Below the pieces are notes generated by a model. The model saw nothing but the letters and a program-made list of their open reading frames with translations, did no database searches and was not told the DNA's origin. This document shows, in pieces, positions 16,651 to 25,222 of a DNA stretch of 64,000 bases. This DNA comes from a virus, in IMG/VR virus record IMGVR_UViG_3300028027_000060, positions 6,062-70,061 of that record, one strand, 5' to 3'. How positions within the stretch are numbered: position 1 is the stretch's first letter; each line of letters opens with the position of its first letter. Both the position numbers and the translations under genes were made by a program.

Positions 16651-19600
16651 CTACTTCTTATTTTCTTGAAGTTTTTTTAGTTTTTTGTTGTAGTCCTCGA
16701 CCGCGTCTTTCAAGGTTACGGGTACCGTCTTGCCGATAGATGCGAAGTATTCCGCCGCAGCAGCCTCCCTGGCGAGTGTAGCCAGTTCGCCGATGTCGGA
16801 GGATATCTTCTCGCGCTTCTTGGTCTCAATGGCGATGGTCTTCCCCTCCTTCTCCAGGTCTGCCTCTGGCACGCCCTTCTTCATGGCCTTCACCTTGCCC
16901 TCTTCCAGCTGGTTGTCGGTAACGGTGACCTCCTTTGGGAACAGCTCCTTGCTCTCGAGCGATGGCGCCCTTGACGCATAGATGTCGAGCAGCGGTGCCG
17001 CCTTGTCTCTGTACCTGGCGTTCAGCTCGATAAGCTGTTCGTCCGTAAGCGCAACCGCAAACGTGTCCTTCTTGATGTCTGGTATGCCCTTGGGCTTGAA
17101 CTCCTTTATCACGGTGGATGTGGCTGGGTTGGTGTACTTTGGTGTAACCTTCTTGTCCTTGTAGACGTTGATGCTGGACCCTAGGAACGCATATGCAGAA
17201 AGGAATGCACCCTTCATGTTTGGCTCCTCTTTAAATATCTCGTTTATTGTACTGAAGATCATAGGCGTGGTGCGCTCTAAGACCTGGTCAGACCATATCC
17301 ATTCCTCGCCGTATGGGTTGATACGCTTACCCTCTTCCTCGTGTGTGGTAAGGTAACCGACAAAATAACTCATCGTTGGGTGAAACTTGTTCTGGGCAAA
17401 CTCTGCAATAAGACCACCCCTAGTAGGCGTGTTGTAGTCCCCAAGTTTTCTTTCCTCTCCGCCACGTACCAGCGCCTCTGAATACAGGCGTGCCTGTAAA
17501 ACAATGTGTTGAATAAATCCGCCCCATGGGTCCACGTATATGTCCCCGATACGAATCTTACCAAACTTAGAGCTGAGTGGGTCTAGGTCAACCTCAAACT
17601 CGTCCTCGTCATCCTCGTTAGCCTTGGCGGCTATCATGGAAACTATACCAGCCGTGGTTGTAAACCAGACTATGAAGTCACGGGCCGCCATCTTCTGTGC
17701 GACAGATGGCTTAAATGTGCCCTGGTCCTTTAATGTAAGCAAAAATATTGGGAAGCCTACAGTTGAAGTCTTAAGCTGAGACGCCCAGTTCTTTGGCGAG
17801 TAGAATATCTTAGACAGCGGGCCAGATATGGAATTGAGTGGTCCCAATGATGCGCGGCCAGTAAAGGTGTTCACCATCTCGGCCACGTTTTCGTATGACT
17901 TTGGATCGGTCTCAAACGTCTTGCCCTGCTTTTCCAACATGGCCTTGCCGTCCAGGTAACGAAGCACACGCATTGTGTTGAGGTACCCGATACCAGCACG
18001 CTCAAATGCCTTGAATGGGTTGAGCATTAGTGTCTTTTGGTACGCCCCTTCGCCAAAAAGTTTCATCGGCTTGGCAAGAAAGTCAAATATAGAGTTACCC
18101 ACGCCGCCAAGGAATCCCTCCTCCTTCTCAGAAAGGGAAGCATCATACTCAGAAAGCGAAAGACCTGCCTTCATCATCTCCTCGTAATATGGCTGTGCCT
18201 TAATAAATTCACCCCACTTGCGGGCCTTCTTTTCGCTTGTAAAGTGCTCAAAGGTCTTAGCAAACGAACGGGCTGCGTGTATTGGGTGTGACACGGTCAG
18301 TTTAAGACCCTGTACCAGCACCATTGAAAGGTCAAAGGTGGCCTGTAACAGTCGGGACACCTCCCAAAAGCCACTAAGCCCATCTAAAAACTTGCTAGGG
18401 CTGTTCTGCTTCTTGATCTTGTCCACCTCCTTGTCGAACTGGTTCTGTAAGGTCTGGCGTTCTGCACGCAGCTCGCGCAACTCGTCGTCTTCCAGTACCT
18501 GTTTGCGCTCCTTGGGGGCAAAGTCGCCCTCTGCAAGCCTGCGTTCCAGCTCGGTGATACGCTTCTGGGCGTTCCGCTTGGCGTTTATAAGCCTCTGCGC
18601 GTCGGCAATGCCTGCCGCCTCGTATGCGTCCTGTATATCATACGTGAGTTGTTCTTCCCTGTCGGTAAGTTTTGCCCTCTCCTGGGGGGTCTTGGCCTTG
18701 ACTATCCCCCTTCGGATGTCCTCAAGTCGAGACTCCATGCGCCCGATGTTGCGGAGCCTTCCGATCTCCTTCTGCATGTCGTCGCGGGTCAACGAACGCT
18801 CACGGCCATAGCCGCTTATCGCGTCGCGTATCTGACGGTCTGTGGCGTTGGGATACTTCTGGGACATGCGCTGCCTTACCTGGGTGACAAGGTCATTCAT
18901 GTCCACCACGCCGTTCTCTACGATCTCACGGATCAAGGAGGACGGGATAGATATCTTGCCAGGGGTCACGCTCTGGAACTGTGCGCGTATCTGGTCCTCT
19001 ACAGCCCTCTTGTCCGCGTCAGACAACGCCTGGAAGAATGGCTCGGCACGTACCGCAGCCAGTGCCGCGTCGAGTGCTGCGTTTGATGCGGCACCAGACA
19101 GGCTGGACTTGGACACGATAGACGGCTTGTTCTTTATGTTCCTCACGGCCTCTGCTGCCGCGTCTACTATCTTGGACCACGTGCCCTTGGGCATGTTAAT
19201 CGGCTTGCCGTTTGAGTCCTTGAACGTGACCGACTTGGACTTAAACTTGGACACCTCTGCGGCGGCCGCGTCGGTATCCTTGAGGTCGATGTTTGCGAGC
19301 TTGTCCTCAGCCGCTGCCCTCTCTATCTCTGCAAGGTTCCGAGCATCCTCGGCCTCTTGTGCGCGTTGCTCGGCCTCTGCTATTCTCTTGTTCAGTTCCT
19401 TAATCTGCTCGTCTAACTTCTCGAACTTGGCCTGTACCTCTGGGGATATGTAGTTGAAGTTTGCCTTCTTGTACTCGTTGATCTGGTTGTCTACGGTGTA
19501 GTTGAACAGAGAGTTGCGGTAGATGTCCTTGAGGGCGTTGTTGAACTGACCACCTGCGGTTGCCGCGCCAGAGAACTCCTTAATCATCCTGGCCTGCAAT

Positions 19601-20145
19601 TCAAGCAACTCGTTCTGTGCGTCTACGTACTCTTGTGGACTGAGCGAACTGTCCTCCAGGTTGGTGAACTTTGCCGTCTCCAGCCTGTCAATGAGGTCCG
19701 CGTAAACGTATGCGGCCACAGCATCGTTCAGCTTGCGGTCCATCACGGCCTGGTATGCCGCATCGAAACCCACCATCTCTACAAACTCCTTTGCCCTAGC
19801 CCTGGCCTCGGTGAGCTTCTGTACGCCACGGTCTAGTCCCGTCTTGCGTAGGGCCTCTGCCAGCTGCTCGTCGGTAGTCCCCGCGTATGCCCTGGCAAGC
19901 AGGGTCCTGAGTGCCTTCCCCTTACCAGCAAGTGACTTGAGGTCAAGTCTTTTGACTGGCTCTGGCTCGGCCGCAATGAACGGGTTCTCACCCTTCATAC
20001 GCCCCTCGTCCAATAGGCCCTGGTTTATAAGGTCCATCAGCTTGTTCTCATCCTTGAGCATCTGCATGAACTCGTCATACGAATACTTTACAGGATCCTC
20101 ACCCTTAGTGTTCTTAAAGAATAGAATGCAGGGATTTTTGGCCAT
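16651..20145 (-). CDS. large helical internal virion (ejected) protein
   Basis: 1164 aa, coiled coils, DP.SS.FGKIRIG motif, position in the cargo cluster. Confidence 0.7.
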   Translation of the reverse strand: MAKNPCILFFKNTKGEDPVKYSYDEFMQMLKDENKLMDLINQGLLDEGRMKGENPFIAAEPEPVKRLDLKSLAGKGKALRTLLARAYAGTTDEQLAEALRKTGLDRGVQKLTEARARAKEFVEMVGFDAAYQAVMDRKLNDAVAAYVYADLIDRLETAKFTNLEDSSLSPQEYVDAQNELLELQARMIKEFSGAATAGGQFNNALKDIYRNSLFNYTVDNQINEYKKANFNYISPEVQAKFEKLDEQIKELNKRIAEAEQRAQEAEDARNLAEIERAAAEDKLANIDLKDTDAAAAEVSKFKSKSVTFKDSNGKPINMPKGTWSKIVDAAAEAVRNIKNKPSIVSKSSLSGAASNAALDAALAAVRAEPFFQALSDADKRAVEDQIRAQFQSVTPGKISIPSSLIREIVENGVVDMNDLVTQVRQRMSQKYPNATDRQIRDAISGYGRERSLTRDDMQKEIGRLRNIGRMESRLEDIRRGIVKAKTPQERAKLTDREEQLTYDIQDAYEAAGIADAQRLINAKRNAQKRITELERRLAEGDFAPKERKQVLEDDELRELRAERQTLQNQFDKEVDKIKKQNSPSKFLDGLSGFWEVSRLLQATFDLSMVLVQGLKLTVSHPIHAARSFAKTFEHFTSEKKARKWGEFIKAQPYYEEMMKAGLSLSEYDASLSEKEEGFLGGVGNSIFDFLAKPMKLFGEGAYQKTLMLNPFKAFERAGIGYLNTMRVLRYLDGKAMLEKQGKTFETDPKSYENVAEMVNTFTGRASLGPLNSISGPLSKIFYSPKNWASQLKTSTVGFPIFLLTLKDQGTFKPSVAQKMAARDFIVWFTTTAGIVSMIAAKANEDDEDEFEVDLDPLSSKFGKIRIGDIYVDPWGGFIQHIVLQARLYSEALVRGGEERKLGDYNTPTRGGLIAEFAQNKFHPTMSYFVGYLTTHEEEGKRINPYGEEWIWSDQVLERTTPMIFSTINEIFKEEPNMKGAFLSAYAFLGSSINVYKDKKVTPKYTNPATSTVIKEFKPKGIPDIKKDTFAVALTDEQLIELNARYRDKAAPLLDIYASRAPSLESKELFPKEVTVTDNQLEEGKVKAMKKGVPEADLEKEGKTIAIETKKREKISSDIGELATLAREAAAAEYFASIGKTVPVTLKDAVEDYNKKLKKLQENKK

Positions 20146-20148
20146 GCC

Positions 20149-20640
20149 TTAGAATAGTTTTTTCTCCAACAGGAGCATGTTGAACTTGTCCTTCGCGTCT
20201 ACGCCCTCGAGCATGTTGAGCTTGTCGCTATACTCGGCCACTGAGTCCTTCTGGATCTTGCGGAACTCCTGTAGGAAGTCGAACACGCACAAGTCCTTCT
20301 TGAACACCTCCATTGACGTGCCCTCGTAGTCCTCGTACAGCGCATACTCGATGAGGTACGCGTTCTCGATGACGTCGATGAGTCCGCCGAAGGTGATCTG
20401 CGGGCGGTCTACGGTAGGAAGCTCTGGGCTGATGTTCCAGTCCACGAGGTAGTCCTCAATCTTCTTTGCATGCGTCAGCTCGTCTGCCGACTCCTTGGCG
20501 AAGAACTCGGCCGCCTTGAAGTAGCTCACGTTCTGGCACCAGTTGCTGGCTGCGCGGTAAAAATAAAACGCGTTGTACTCGTCCTTGAGGCGAGGCAACA
20601 GCAGGTCTACGACCTCTTTATCTAACTTATTTGGTGTCAT
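20149..20640 (-). CDS. ferritin (non-heme FtnA-like)
   Basis: E..A..FY...S.WC, FF..ES.DE..HA, IE, FLQEF..IQ: four-helix ferroxidase pattern, 163 aa. Confidence 0.85.
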   Translation of the reverse strand: MTPNKLDKEVVDLLLPRLKDEYNAFYFYRAASNWCQNVSYFKAAEFFAKESADELTHAKKIEDYLVDWNISPELPTVDRPQITFGGLIDVIENAYLIEYALYEDYEGTSMEVFKKDLCVFDFLQEFRKIQKDSVAEYSDKLNMLEGVDAKDKFNMLLLEKKLF

Positions 20641-23600
20641 GGACAGTTACCTGATTTCGTTAAAAGTTGAGCGTCCTCGAGCATTCGAGTGATCTCCTTA
20701 AAGTTGTTGTAAATATAGGACAGTTTAGGGTCTCCGTCCAAAATAGCGTTTATCTTCTGGCGCTCAGACCATCCGCCACCCTCACGCATCTTGGCGTATA
20801 GGTCGGCTACCTCCTTGGCGTTGTTGTCCGCGAGCTGGGCCTTGGACTTGATTTCTGGCTTAATTCCTAAATCAACTTCAAGCCTTTTTACGGCTTGTTG
20901 TTTCATTATTTCTTCGGCTGAGTCATATCCGTTTTCGTCAAAAGACTTGGTGTTGAATTTATCGTAAGCATTATAGGTGTCAAACGATCCAAGTTTGTTT
21001 TCTATAGTGTTTCTGTCTCCACCATCGTAAATGAAAAACACAACATCCGGACGACCGTTATTAAAACGCTTATAGGTCTCGTAATCCCAGTCTTTTATAG
21101 TGTTTCCATTGCTGACCTGTGGTCTGTACTCGTCATTGAATGATGTGCGAGATACCGCCTTAAAGCCAAACAATGAATAGTAATCTGGAAGAATAGTGTC
21201 AAACGCTTCGGCTGTTGTGGCGCCTTCTTTTATCCCAAGCACCATGAGCTGGGCTAGGTTTTGCGGTCTGTTAGCTGATGGATTCGAGAATGCGCCACCC
21301 AGAAACCCTTCTTTATTAAGAGTAACCCCTGTCGATCCGTCTTCGGTAACAAACATACGCATCTTGCCAAAGTCTTCTTCGGAATGAATCGTAACAGAGG
21401 CTGCAAATGGGTTGTCCTTTAAAGACTCCATCATCATCTGACGGTATGCCTTAGGGTCAGTTACTTCGTAAATCTTTTGAACTCCCTTGAATTTAGGGAA
21501 TGCATTTATGATACCGGAATTTATCTTGTCGTCAAGACTGTATTCGGCAGATACTGCTACGTCAAGTGATCCAACGCGCTTAGTTCCTTGTACACTTTTT
21601 CTGGTGATTCCCCTTGTTCCATTGCTTTTTGAAGAGTAGCTCTCCAGTAAACTGGATAATTCTCCAGGGTCTTTTTCTGGTCTGCTGTCAATTCTTTCTT
21701 GTTCATTGATTCTTCTTTTTGTTTCATCGGATAAGTTCTCTAGGCTAGATTTTGATTTAACACCTTTTGGCGATTTACCTACAGCTTTTCCAGCTCTTGC
21801 GCCCACTGTGGGAAGTCCGCCGCTAACTGCCCCTTCTGTTCGTTGTCCAGCGGCAGGCTTATTCCCGCTAGAGAGAGGTAATTCTTTAAGGTATGTGGCT
21901 GTTTTATTTTCGTCAAGGATTTCATCAACATATCCTCCCCAGTCTGTGATTGATAAGTCTTTTCCATATGATTTTATATTGTTTTGAGCTTCTTGTAAGG
22001 TTATTTTACCCGCACTGTAATCGGCCCAAATATCTTTAACTTTTTGTTTTTGTTTTTCGCTTTTTTGATTAGCCGGGAATATAGCTCTTGCACCTTCCCA
22101 AGTAATACTTTGCATTTCCCTAGCAAGCACGTTGCGCTTCTTTGCTGCTTCTCTATACGCATCTGCAAAAAACGAGTATGTGCCTTCGTCAAATTTAACC
22201 TCTGCGCTTGTGCTGCCTAAAGGCAACATATACGAAACAGCTATGGCATGAGTGTCAATAGTCACCTCACCGTCCGTTTGAGGGGCTGCAATATTATTGT
22301 AAAAATTCCTTACTTTATAAGCGTTACCAATATTTGCAGATATATTTTCTTTGGATCCATCTTGTATAATGGAAACCGCCTTTGCAATAGTATCGTATCC
22401 AGAAAAAGAAGATGGGGACTTTATTTTAGCATCTACTATCGTCCCTGTAGGTATTCGTAATGGTGCGTTTCTTTCATAGTTTTGATCAAATCTAGCACGC
22501 GTCATTGCGGATTTATCATACCCACTTAGTTCAGAAAACGGCTTGCCTATGGCCTTTTGTAACTCTGGAAGATACGCTATTTGTTTAGGGTAAGGCTTGC
22601 CTGTGCCATCTACTGTTTTTGACTTGTAATAATCGTAATCACTTTGTTCAAATATCGTGTTTTGATTATTAGCGTAAAAATCCAATATGAAATGCGCCAA
22701 ATGCACATTATCAAACCATGGCTTCTGTGGTGATTGAGTTGCTATTACAGCTGATGCTTGCTCTAACGTGACATTATATTTATCAGCCATTTCTTGAGCA
22801 ATGATGTTTGCTCCGTCATACCACAATTTGGATATGTTACGAACATCTGGAGTTATGTTATCGTACACAAAAAGCAAGTTAGATACCACGGTTTCTTTCG
22901 CTTTTGAATACACCTTGTCAGCCCATTTTATTTTTTCTTCTGAAGTTAAAGTTTTAGAAAACTCACCTACATCCCCCTTTACCAAATGTGTTTTTGATAA
23001 TTCAACAGCCCTTGAAACATACATGTCAGGCTTGTTTTCTTTCAAGGCCTCAATGCTTGCTGGTCCAGAATATGTGATAACTTCTTTTTTGTCTCTCTTA
23101 GCCGTCAGCTGCATACTCGGTTGAACTTCTCCAGCTTTTGTTTTAGCCTCTGTTCTTTCTGCAATTTGTTGAGAAGTAAGAGAAGATTTAGACTTAATTC
23201 CTTTCAAACTAAATTCTGCTCTTTTGCCAACAAACGCGTCCTCTACTGCTGTACCCGCTTTGATACTCTGAGCAATCGTGTTGAAAAACTCAAGTGTGTC
23301 CTTCTGGTCCTGTAGATCCTGGAACGGCTGGAACCTATCGAACGTAACCGTTGACACGAGCTTGTTAATAAGTTCAGCTATCTTACGGACGATGCCGTAT
23401 TCCAACGGGGTCTGCTTGTCGGACAGCATGCCCGCAAGTTCTGCTAAGTACTCCTCGGCCTGGCCAATCTCTTCCACCCCAATCTCTTTGTACTGGTCTG
23501 CAAAGTCTGAGAGCCTTTTGTTTCCCGAGGCAGAGATTATCTTCTCGATATTTTTACGGAAGTCAAGGAACACGGCAGAGTTGTCTCCAAACGTCTTGAG

Positions 23601-24518
23601 GAGTATCGCGTGAGTAACCTCGTGTACCACCGTCTTTGGCGTGGCGTTGCTGAGGTTGATGTCAATACGCCCCACGATAGTGCCGTCGTTTGACGTGGTG
23701 TAGCTGAAGTTACCCGAAGAGTTTATCTGGCCCTTGAGGCCGTTCATTGCGGCGGCGTACTGCTTAGAGTCCTCGTGTACGTGGATGTCCATCGATGGGA
23801 ACACGGACTTGAGAGTGCGAGCGGCCTTCTTTACCATCGCTATTACCGACTTCTTAGTTGCGTTGTCTGAGTGCTTACGCTCCAGGGCGTCGATTGATGC
23901 CTTGTTGCTTGCGCGTGTCCCCATTGGCACGCCTTCCACCTCCAGCGTCTCGTTGGTCTCAATGCCTTCAGCCAGGCTTGGCTTGGACTTCATCTGTTCC
24001 TGCAACGCAACCGCGTTCTCTACGGCCGCAACGAGTTCTGGCTCCACGCCATTCTCTACCGCGTTGTGGTAAGCCTCGGCTATCTGCTGTGATGCAGGCT
24101 TGCCGATGGACAGCTTTACCTGCTTAACGAGCGATTCGTATACCGAAGGGAGCACCTTCGACAGGTTCATGATGGCCGCGGTCGTGTTGTCTACGGACTT
24201 CAGTGCCGACTTGACAACGTCTGTAACTGGGGCCTTTGGGAACTCCTTCTTGGCTGTCGGCTTCTTCTCTGTCGGCTTCTTAGTAGGCTCAGTCTTCTTG
24301 GTTGTAGGCTTGGCTGCCGCTGCCTTTATATACCCGTTGTCGGTGAGCCACTTGGTCACGCTGTCCACGTCCATCTTGCCGTCAGCCTTCTGGTACTTGG
24401 CCATCATGTCCGCCAGCGCTGGGGTGTAGTTCATGTGGGCGGCAAGGGTCTCCTTTGATCCGAACACCTTACCAGCATCCTTGCCCGTCTTGGGTATATA
24501 TACGCAGCCTTTTGCCAT
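20637..24518 (-). CDS. polyvalent virion protein: zincin-like metallopeptidase + VTIDTHA (DUF7178-like) domain + GNAT-like domain
   Basis: HEVTH (23610-23624); LWYDGA, KVRNFYNNI, VTIDTHA, MQSITW; AFDTILPDYY..FGF and GRPDVVFF. Confidence 0.7.
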   Translation of the reverse strand: MAKGCVYIPKTGKDAGKVFGSKETLAAHMNYTPALADMMAKYQKADGKMDVDSVTKWLTDNGYIKAAAAKPTTKKTEPTKKPTEKKPTAKKEFPKAPVTDVVKSALKSVDNTTAAIMNLSKVLPSVYESLVKQVKLSIGKPASQQIAEAYHNAVENGVEPELVAAVENAVALQEQMKSKPSLAEGIETNETLEVEGVPMGTRASNKASIDALERKHSDNATKKSVIAMVKKAARTLKSVFPSMDIHVHEDSKQYAAAMNGLKGQINSSGNFSYTTSNDGTIVGRIDINLSNATPKTVVHEVTHAILLKTFGDNSAVFLDFRKNIEKIISASGNKRLSDFADQYKEIGVEEIGQAEEYLAELAGMLSDKQTPLEYGIVRKIAELINKLVSTVTFDRFQPFQDLQDQKDTLEFFNTIAQSIKAGTAVEDAFVGKRAEFSLKGIKSKSSLTSQQIAERTEAKTKAGEVQPSMQLTAKRDKKEVITYSGPASIEALKENKPDMYVSRAVELSKTHLVKGDVGEFSKTLTSEEKIKWADKVYSKAKETVVSNLLFVYDNITPDVRNISKLWYDGANIIAQEMADKYNVTLEQASAVIATQSPQKPWFDNVHLAHFILDFYANNQNTIFEQSDYDYYKSKTVDGTGKPYPKQIAYLPELQKAIGKPFSELSGYDKSAMTRARFDQNYERNAPLRIPTGTIVDAKIKSPSSFSGYDTIAKAVSIIQDGSKENISANIGNAYKVRNFYNNIAAPQTDGEVTIDTHAIAVSYMLPLGSTSAEVKFDEGTYSFFADAYREAAKKRNVLAREMQSITWEGARAIFPANQKSEKQKQKVKDIWADYSAGKITLQEAQNNIKSYGKDLSITDWGGYVDEILDENKTATYLKELPLSSGNKPAAGQRTEGAVSGGLPTVGARAGKAVGKSPKGVKSKSSLENLSDETKRRINEQERIDSRPEKDPGELSSLLESYSSKSNGTRGITRKSVQGTKRVGSLDVAVSAEYSLDDKINSGIINAFPKFKGVQKIYEVTDPKAYRQMMMESLKDNPFAASVTIHSEEDFGKMRMFVTEDGSTGVTLNKEGFLGGAFSNPSANRPQNLAQLMVLGIKEGATTAEAFDTILPDYYSLFGFKAVSRTSFNDEYRPQVSNGNTIKDWDYETYKRFNNGRPDVVFFIYDGGDRNTIENKLGSFDTYNAYDKFNTKSFDENGYDSAEEIMKQQAVKRLEVDLGIKPEIKSKAQLADNNAKEVADLYAKMREGGGWSERQKINAILDGDPKLSYIYNNFKEITRMLEDAQLLTKSGNCP
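21557..21706 (-). CDS. overprinted (+1 frame) small helical protein MNKKELTADQ...ELSALDHLT
   Basis: 49 aa (56 aa from in-frame ATG 21727), amphipathic; the host frame is low-complexity linker here; lies just before the GNAT domain. Confidence 0.6.
   Translation of the reverse strand: MNKKELTADQKKTLENYPVYWRATLQKAMEQGESPEKVYKELSALDHLT
21779..21931 (-). CDS. overprinted (+1 frame) small protein M(LM)KSLTKIKQPHTLKNYLSLAG...QELEKL
   Basis: Part of track ORF 21779-21967; P.T..NYL.LA motif recalls small stand-alone phage proteins; lies just after the VTIDTHA domain. Confidence 0.6.
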   Translation of the reverse strand: MLMKSLTKIKQPHTLKNYLSLAGISLPLDNEQKGQLAADFPQWAQELEKL

Positions 24519-24520
24519 GC

Positions 24521-25222
24521 TTACTTTTTAATTTTATTTTTTTCAGAAGAGTTTTCACCTTTGTTAACAGGGCCGTATAGCTCCTCTGTACCAAAAAGGT
24601 TTACTATCTGTTGCCATGGAATGCTTTTCATAACAGGCTTTGCCAAGTTTGATCCTTGTGATAAATATGCATACTTACCATACTTACCAAGCCCAGGAAC
24701 TGCGCTAAACATGTCCAAACCTTCTTGCAATGTCGGTGTTACCCTTCCAGATGCCTTCCAAACCTCGTAAGCTCTCTTGGCGTCGTCATGAGAAAACGTA
24801 CCAGTGGGATCCACTAATTCCATTATATTTTCCAAGGTAGAGTCTGGCAATCTCCATTGCTCGTTATCATAAACGGCCTTCTCCTCGTTTGTCATCGGCC
24901 TAAGTGCCGAGTTAGCCTTTGACGGCACCTGCATGCTTGTAGGCTTTGCGTATTGTCCCTGGCCGTTAATCCAGGGAAGATTTGCTGGCGGTGTCCCTGT
25001 AACTGGCGGATCAGTCTCTAACATTACTCCATCTGCCGCCTTCTGGCCCTGCTGGTCAAAGTTGGGTAGGCTCTCCACCAGCGCGTCGATGCACTCGTGG
25101 CAGCCCTCGTTCAGCTTCTTCTTGACCCAGTTCACCTTGTTTTTAGGAATGATGGCCATCACCCCCTTGCTGGAGAATATAGCCATCTCGTCGCCTTCGA
25201 CCTCTAACAGTTTCTTTTCCAT
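24521..25222 (-). CDS. internal virion (cargo) protein
   Basis: EVEGDE and KAADG motifs of crAss-like cargo proteins. Confidence 0.65.
   Translation of the reverse strand: MEKKLLEVEGDEMAIFSSKGVMAIIPKNKVNWVKKKLNEGCHECIDALVESLPNFDQQGQKAADGVMLETDPPVTGTPPANLPWINGQGQYAKPTSMQVPSKANSALRPMTNEEKAVYDNEQWRLPDSTLENIMELVDPTGTFSHDDAKRAYEVWKASGRVTPTLQEGLDMFSAVPGLGKYGKYAYLSQGSNLAKPVMKSIPWQQIVNLFGTEELYGPVNKGENSSEKNKIKK

Noticed and set aside
22001-22192. Further alternative-frame ORF in the polyvalent gene
   Set aside because: Non-ATG start and overlaps the conserved core of the host domain rather than a linker
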